The position numbers and the translations under genes were made by a program. The notes under the pieces were generated by a model. It had not been told where the DNA came from and did not search any database. It saw only the letters and a list, made by a program, of their open reading frames with translations. Below, piece by piece: positions 59,092 through 64,000 of a stretch of DNA of 64,000 nt. This DNA is from Planctomycetota bacterium. Lineage in GTDB: Bacteria; Planctomycetota; UBA1135; UBA2386. Within the stretch, counting starts at the first letter, position 1; each line of letters starts with the position of its first letter. The stretch covers positions 1-64,000 of the forward strand of contig OZ245006.1 of NCBI GenBank assembly GCA_965223545.1. Reading direction: 5' to 3'.

Positions 59092-60408
59092 TCACTCGTG
59101 ACGCAGCGAGTGTAGCGGATCGTGGCGCGCGGCGCGCCAGGCGGGCAGGGCCGAAACCAGCAGACCGACTGCCATCGCCATCAGCACGACTTGGCCGATC
59201 CAGACCGGGTCGAGGTCGTACGGAACGCGTTCGAGGTTGTAGATCCGGGCGGGAAACAGATCGAGGCCGAAGCTCGCCCGCAGCCACCGGTTGAAGGCGT
59301 CGAGATAGATCGATGAGATGCAGCCCGCGATCACGCCGATCACCGTGCCGCAGAGGGTGATCGCCACGCCGCAGCCCGCGAACACGCGCAAGACACCCCA
59401 CGGCGTCGCGCCCATCGCGGTCAGGATACCGATGTCGTGCGTCTTCTCGGTGACCATCATCGAGAGGGTCGCGTACATCAAGAACGCGGCGACCACCAAG
59501 ATGACGATCAGCACGAGCTTCATCAGCGCGCGCTGGTGTTCGACCGCACTGAGAAAGTGCGCTTCGAGCTGATGCCACGCGAACACACGCAGCATGGGCG
59601 CATGCGGTGGACGGGCCGCGTTGAGCGTCCGTTCCAACCGTGCCGCGGTCTCATCGCGCGCATCGGGGTCGACGCAGCGCAGCACGACCTGGGTCACCAC
59701 GTCGTCGCCCGGCTCGACCCCCATCAGCTGCCGCAGGGCATCGATGTCCACGAAGCACGTCTGCGCGTCGAATGCGGTGTGTCGCGTGGCGTAGGTGCCG
59801 GTGATCTCGAACTGGGCGTCGAACATCTCCAGCGGCTGGCGCGCGTCGTCGGGGGTCTCGCGTCCGGAGTGCACGGTCACCGGGAGGCCCTTGCTGGCGG
59901 CGTCGGCCCGCAGCCGGCGCTCGCCGACGACGATCCCCGGCAAGGCGCCGCCGCCAAACGGCGCGGCTGGGTCGGTCACGCGTCCGGTCTCCGCCGCTCG
60001 CAGCCAGGCGCCGAACTCGGTGACTTCCCCTTCTGCGGCCGGATCGATCCCGATCAGGCTGATGAGCGGGCTGTCGGCGCCCGGTTGCTCGAGGCTGTCG
60101 ACCCGCGGCGCCGCACCGCGCGTCTTACCCAGCGTGTGCAGCAGGCCGAACCACGCGTAGCGCGGGGCGTAGGCCTCGACGTTGGGGTCGGCGGCCAGCA
60201 CCTCTTCGACTTCGGCGAGCCGGCGACAACCCAGCACGGTCAGGTCGGAGGTCACCGCGCGGACGTGGTTCTGCACCTCGACCAAGAAGCCGGAGAAGAT
60301 CGACACCACGACGATCAAAGCCCAGACGCTGACCGAGACACCGAGCACGCCGAGCAGATTGATCGGCCTGCTGAGCAGATAGCGGAGCGCGAGGTACAGC
60401 CGGTACAT
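59092..60408 (-). CDS. LolC/E-type ABC permease (FtsX-like)
   Basis: LALRYL, V.S.F.GF, MMVTEKT.DIGIL.AMGA, PA.RAA..DP..SLR.E. Confidence 0.88.
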   Translation of the reverse strand: MYRLYLALRYLLSRPINLLGVLGVSVSVWALIVVVSIFSGFLVEVQNHVRAVTSDLTVLGCRRLAEVEEVLAADPNVEAYAPRYAWFGLLHTLGKTRGAAPRVDSLEQPGADSPLISLIGIDPAAEGEVTEFGAWLRAAETGRVTDPAAPFGGGALPGIVVGERRLRADAASKGLPVTVHSGRETPDDARQPLEMFDAQFEITGTYATRHTAFDAQTCFVDIDALRQLMGVEPGDDVVTQVVLRCVDPDARDETAARLERTLNAARPPHAPMLRVFAWHQLEAHFLSAVEHQRALMKLVLIVILVVAAFLMYATLSMMVTEKTHDIGILTAMGATPWGVLRVFAGCGVAITLCGTVIGVIAGCISSIYLDAFNRWLRASFGLDLFPARIYNLERVPYDLDPVWIGQVVLMAMAVGLLVSALPAWRAARHDPLHSLRHE

Positions 60409-61103
60409 CAGTCGACCAGCACTCCGTCCGCCATCCGCACCACGCGATCGCAGCGCTGCGCCAGCTGCTCGTTGTGCGTGACCAACAAGAACGCGAGCCC
60501 GCGCTCCCGGTTGAGGTTGAAGAGCAGCTCCAGCACCTCACCCGAGGTCTTCGAGTCGAGGTTGCCGGTGGGCTCGTCGGCGAGGATCACCTTCGGTTCG
60601 GCGATCAGCGCCCGGGCGATCGCCACCCGTTGCTTCTCTCCGCCGGACAACTCCGACGGCCGGTGGCGTTGCCGCTCCTGCAGACCGACCCGCTCGAGCA
60701 GCGCCTTGGCGCGGGCCCGGACCTCGCGCCGCGCGCCCCAGTACTCGAGCGGCCCGCGCAGCATCATTTGGCCGAGCAGCACGTTCTGCAGCGCGTTGAG
60801 CTCCGGGATCAAGTGGTAGAACTGGAACACGAAGCCGATGTGGCGGTGGCGCAGCGCGGCGCGGCGCGCCGACGGCAACGAGTGAGCGGGCTGACCCTCG
60901 AAGTGGATCGCGCCCCTCTGCGGCCGGTCGAGCAGACCGAGGACGTGCAGCAGCGTCGACTTGCCCGCCCCGGACGCGCCGAGCAGGGCCACCATCTCGC
61001 CGGCCTGGATCCGCAGATCGACGCCGCGCAGGACCGGGATCTCGCGCCGCCCCAAGAAGTAGCTCTTGGTGACCTCAACCGCTTCGAGGATGGGGGTGCT
61101 CAT
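60408..61103 (-). CDS. lolD: LolD-type ABC ATP-binding protein
   Basis: GASGAGKST, GFVFQFYHL, LSGGEKQR, ADEPTGNLD. Confidence 0.88.
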   Translation of the reverse strand: MSTPILEAVEVTKSYFLGRREIPVLRGVDLRIQAGEMVALLGASGAGKSTLLHVLGLLDRPQRGAIHFEGQPAHSLPSARRAALRHRHIGFVFQFYHLIPELNALQNVLLGQMMLRGPLEYWGARREVRARAKALLERVGLQERQRHRPSELSGGEKQRVAIARALIAEPKVILADEPTGNLDSKTSGEVLELLFNLNRERGLAFLLVTHNEQLAQRCDRVVRMADGVLVD

Positions 61104-61131
61104 GGGGTGGGTCGCACTCGACGGATTCGGA

Positions 61132-62559
61132 TCACTCGTAGCTGAGGGCCTTGACCGGGTCCATCCGCGCCGCGCGGCGCGCCGGTAGGTAGGACACCGC
61201 CAGCGACAGCACGAAGGCGGCCACCAGAACCTGTGTCAGCCAGGCGCCCTCGATGCGGTACGGAATCCGCTCGAGGTCGTACAGGTCGGTGGGAAAGATG
61301 GCGAGGCCGGTGTTGGCCACCAGCCAGTCGTTGAAGTCGTTGAGGTGGCGCGCCGAGAAGTAGCCGAGCACGGCGCCGAGGCCGCAGCCCAGCGCGGCGA
61401 CCGCGCCGCCGCCGAGCAGGAAGATCGCGGCGATGCCGCGCGGCGTGGCGCCCAGCGAGGTGAGGATGCCGATGTCCTTGGTCTTCTGCGTGACCATCAT
61501 GTGCAGGGTGGCGTAGATCAAGAACGCCGCCACCAGCATCACGCAGAACAGGACTACCTTCATCATCGCGCGCTCGTGGTCGACCGCGTCGAGGAAGGTG
61601 CGGTTCTGCTCCTCCCAGGTCTGCACGACGCCACCGAACCGGGGCGCCGCGGCGGCCGCCAACCGGTCGCGCAGCGCGGCCAGGTCGACGCCGGGACGTG
61701 CCTTGATCACCACCTCCGACACCGCCGCAACCGCACTCGGATCGTCGGGATCGTGGCCGAGCACCTCGCGCAAGAAATCGATGTGGACGAAGCCGTGGTT
61801 GCTGTCGAAGGTCCGATAGCGCGTCTCGAACGCGGCGGGCACCATGATCTCCCGCTGGATGCGTACGACGCGCTGGTCCTCGCCACTGCCCGCGAGCCGG
61901 GCGGTCACCAGGTGCGCGAGGCGCTGGAACAACAGGGCGCTGCGGCTCTCATCCAGCCGGCGGAAGCTCAGCAAGAGCCCCGGCGGCGTCGACAGCACGC
62001 GGGCCGTGGGCTTGCCGACCAGAGCCAGTGCGCGCCGGTACGCCGCCGTCGGCACGGCGAACGGATCGGCCGGATCGGCGACGGCGAAGTCGGGCTTCTG
62101 CGGCGCCCGGTCGTCGGCTTGCAGCGCCAACCAGCCGGCAAAGCCGGTGGTCTCCAGCTCGCGCCCGGGATCGACGCCCACCAGGTGGACGAAGTCGAGC
62201 TGGCTGGCCGAGTTGGCAGTCGGTGCGGTGTGCTGCACGGTGAAACGCCGCAGCAGGTGGTCGCGAGGAAACAACAGCGCGTAGTGCGACAGGCGCGGCG
62301 CGGTCGACAGCACGCCGTCGTCGCTCTCCAACACCGCCCGCACGGCCTCGTAGTCGGTGCCCCGGTCGACCCCGGTCAGCACCAGGTCGGCGGTGGCGCC
62401 GCGAATGTGGCCGCGGATCTCGCTGATGAACCCCGAGAAGACCGCGATCACCACGATCAGCGCCCAGACCGCGATCGCCACGCCGGCCACCCCCATGGCA
62501 TTCACGCGGCGCGCCAGCAGATAGCGCAGTGCCAGGTACCACGAGAACGCCGGAGCCAA
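61132..62559 (-). CDS. LolC/E-type ABC permease
   Basis: Paralogue of 59092-60408 with the same motifs; TTG start directly after the lysS stop. Confidence 0.88.
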   Translation of the reverse strand: MAPAFSWYLALRYLLARRVNAMGVAGVAIAVWALIVVIAVFSGFISEIRGHIRGATADLVLTGVDRGTDYEAVRAVLESDDGVLSTAPRLSHYALLFPRDHLLRRFTVQHTAPTANSASQLDFVHLVGVDPGRELETTGFAGWLALQADDRAPQKPDFAVADPADPFAVPTAAYRRALALVGKPTARVLSTPPGLLLSFRRLDESRSALLFQRLAHLVTARLAGSGEDQRVVRIQREIMVPAAFETRYRTFDSNHGFVHIDFLREVLGHDPDDPSAVAAVSEVVIKARPGVDLAALRDRLAAAAAPRFGGVVQTWEEQNRTFLDAVDHERAMMKVVLFCVMLVAAFLIYATLHMMVTQKTKDIGILTSLGATPRGIAAIFLLGGGAVAALGCGLGAVLGYFSARHLNDFNDWLVANTGLAIFPTDLYDLERIPYRIEGAWLTQVLVAAFVLSLAVSYLPARRAARMDPVKALSYE

Positions 62560-64000
62560 TCAGGCCTCGGTCTGCTCGCGGTGCGGGGCGGCGTCGGCAT
62601 CCTCGGTGGCGGCACGGCGCAACAGCGGAAACAACACGACGTCGCGGATCGACGCCTGGCCGCTCAGCAGCATGATCAGTCGGTCCATGCCGATGCCGAG
62701 GCCGCCGGCTGGCGGCAGCCCGTACTCGAGCGCGGTGACGTAGTCCTCGTCCATCTCGGACGGCGACTCGTCGTCGGCGTTCTTCAGCTGTGCCGCGAAC
62801 CGCGCCCGCTGATCGTCGGGGTCGTTGAGTTCGGTGAACGCGTTGGCGAGCTCCATACCGCCGCAGAAGAGCTCGAAGCGCTCGGCCACCCGGGGATCGT
62901 CGGGACTGGTCTTGGCCAGCGGACAGATCGGCAGCGGGTAGTCGCAGATGAACACGGGCCCGTCGAGGGTGTCCTCGACCGTTGCCTCGAAGATGTCGTT
63001 GGCCAGCTTGGCGGCGGGCACTCCGTCGGTCTTGAGGCCCAAGGCAGCCGCGCGCCGCGCGACGCCGGCGGCGTCGAAGAAGTCGAGGCCGTCGTTGTGC
63101 CGCTCGAAGAGATCGAGATAGCGCTCGACCGCGAACGGCGGCTTCAAGTCGTAGCTCTTGTCGCGAAACCGAACCACGCTATCGCCGCCGCGCACCGTCT
63201 CACAGAGATGCGCGAACAGTCCCTCGACCAGCCGCATGACGTCGCGGTAGTCGATCCACGCCGCGTAGCTCTCCAGCATCGTGAACTCGGGGTTGTGCCG
63301 AGTGCTGATGCCCTCGTTGCGGAACACGCGGCCGACCTCGTACACCCGCTCGAGCCCGCCGACCAGCAGGCGCTTGAGGTAGAGCTCGGGCGCGATGCGC
63401 AAGAACAGCGGCATGTCGAGCGCGTTGTGGTGGGTGTGGAACGGCCGCGCGGTGGCGCCGCCGAAGATCGGCTGCAGGATCGGCGTCTCCACCTCGAGAT
63501 AGCCCAATCCGTCGAAGTAGGCGCGCACCTCGCGCAGCACGCGCGAGCGCAGCATGAACGCCTCCCGCACGTCCTTGTTGGCGAACAGGTCGACGTAGCG
63601 CATGCGGTAGCGCTGCTCGACGTCTTGCAGGCCGTGCCACTTCTCCGGCGCCGGCCGCAGCGCCTTGCTGGCCAGGGTCACCGCGGCCGCCCAGATCGTC
63701 GGCTCACCCTTGTCGGTGCGGCCGAGCTCACCGGTGATCACCACCAGGTCGTTGCCTTCGATCAGCTTGCGGCTCGGCCACAGCTCCTCGAGCCGCTGGC
63801 GCTGGAAGCCGACCTGGATCTCGCCGGAGCGGTCGACCAGGTGCGAGAAGCGCAGCTTGCCGAAGTCGCGAAACTGGGTCAGCCGGCCGGCGACGGTGAC
63901 GGTCTCGCCGGTGCGCTGATCGACCGCCTCGACGCACGGGCCGATCGGCTCCGGGGGGGCCACCCGCGGCGGGAACGGGTCGAAGCCGCGCTCGCGCAGC
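62560..64000 (-). CDS. lysS: Lysine--tRNA ligase (class II), 5' end outside window
   Basis: RYRMRYVDL, LRIAPELYLKRL, FRNEG, HNPEFTMLE, GGLGIG.DRL. Confidence 0.97.
   Translation of the reverse strand, partial: LRERGFDPFPPRVAPPEPIGPCVEAVDQRTGETVTVAGRLTQFRDFGKLRFSHLVDRSGEIQVGFQRQRLEELWPSRKLIEGNDLVVITGELGRTDKGEPTIWAAAVTLASKALRPAPEKWHGLQDVEQRYRMRYVDLFANKDVREAFMLRSRVLREVRAYFDGLGYLEVETPILQPIFGGATARPFHTHHNALDMPLFLRIAPELYLKRLLVGGLERVYEVGRVFRNEGISTRHNPEFTMLESYAAWIDYRDVMRLVEGLFAHLCETVRGGDSVVRFRDKSYDLKPPFAVERYLDLFERHNDGLDFFDAAGVARRAAALGLKTDGVPAAKLANDIFEATVEDTLDGPVFICDYPLPICPLAKTSPDDPRVAERFELFCGGMELANAFTELNDPDDQRARFAAQLKNADDESPSEMDEDYVTALEYGLPPAGGLGIGMDRLIMLLSGQASIRDVVLFPLLRRAATEDADAAPHREQTEA

Noticed and set aside
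1..64000. Retron, DGR or other reverse-transcriptase system; IS transposases
   Set aside because: No RT (YxDD in RT context) or DDE/HUH transposase motifs recognised in any credible ORF.

Overview
High-GC bacterial chromosome segment. The gene families (DUF1580-like proteins, ECF sigma/Ser-Thr kinase pairs, carboxypeptidase-regulatory-like repeat proteins, lysS-lolCDE order) suggest a Planctomycete; this is inference. Positions 1 to about 15023 are an integrated mobile element ending in a displaced 3' half of a tRNA-Pro(CGG) gene (att site). It carries two tyrosine recombinases, two DUF1580-like excisionase/HTH proteins, an iteron-like repeat field, a primase-polymerase/SF3-helicase, its own sigma-70-type factor, small and large terminase subunits, and an HTH-Zn peptidase / PIN(DUF4411)-like / HEPN cassette. 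It has no recognisable portal, capsid or tail gene, so it is either an unusual 'terminase-only' phage satellite or a reduced prophage. Just outside the att site are an anti-tRNA double hairpin and a degenerate ~200-bp structured tandem repeat. The rest is host DNA: an apparently circularly permuted SGNH hydrolase, secreted proteins, ECF sigma/kinase modules, nhaA, tRNA-Arg(TCT), alkA/ogt-like repair genes, tRNA-Leu(TAG), nfeD-floA, lolCDE-like genes and lysS (partial). All family calls come from motifs read by eye; no database search was run.
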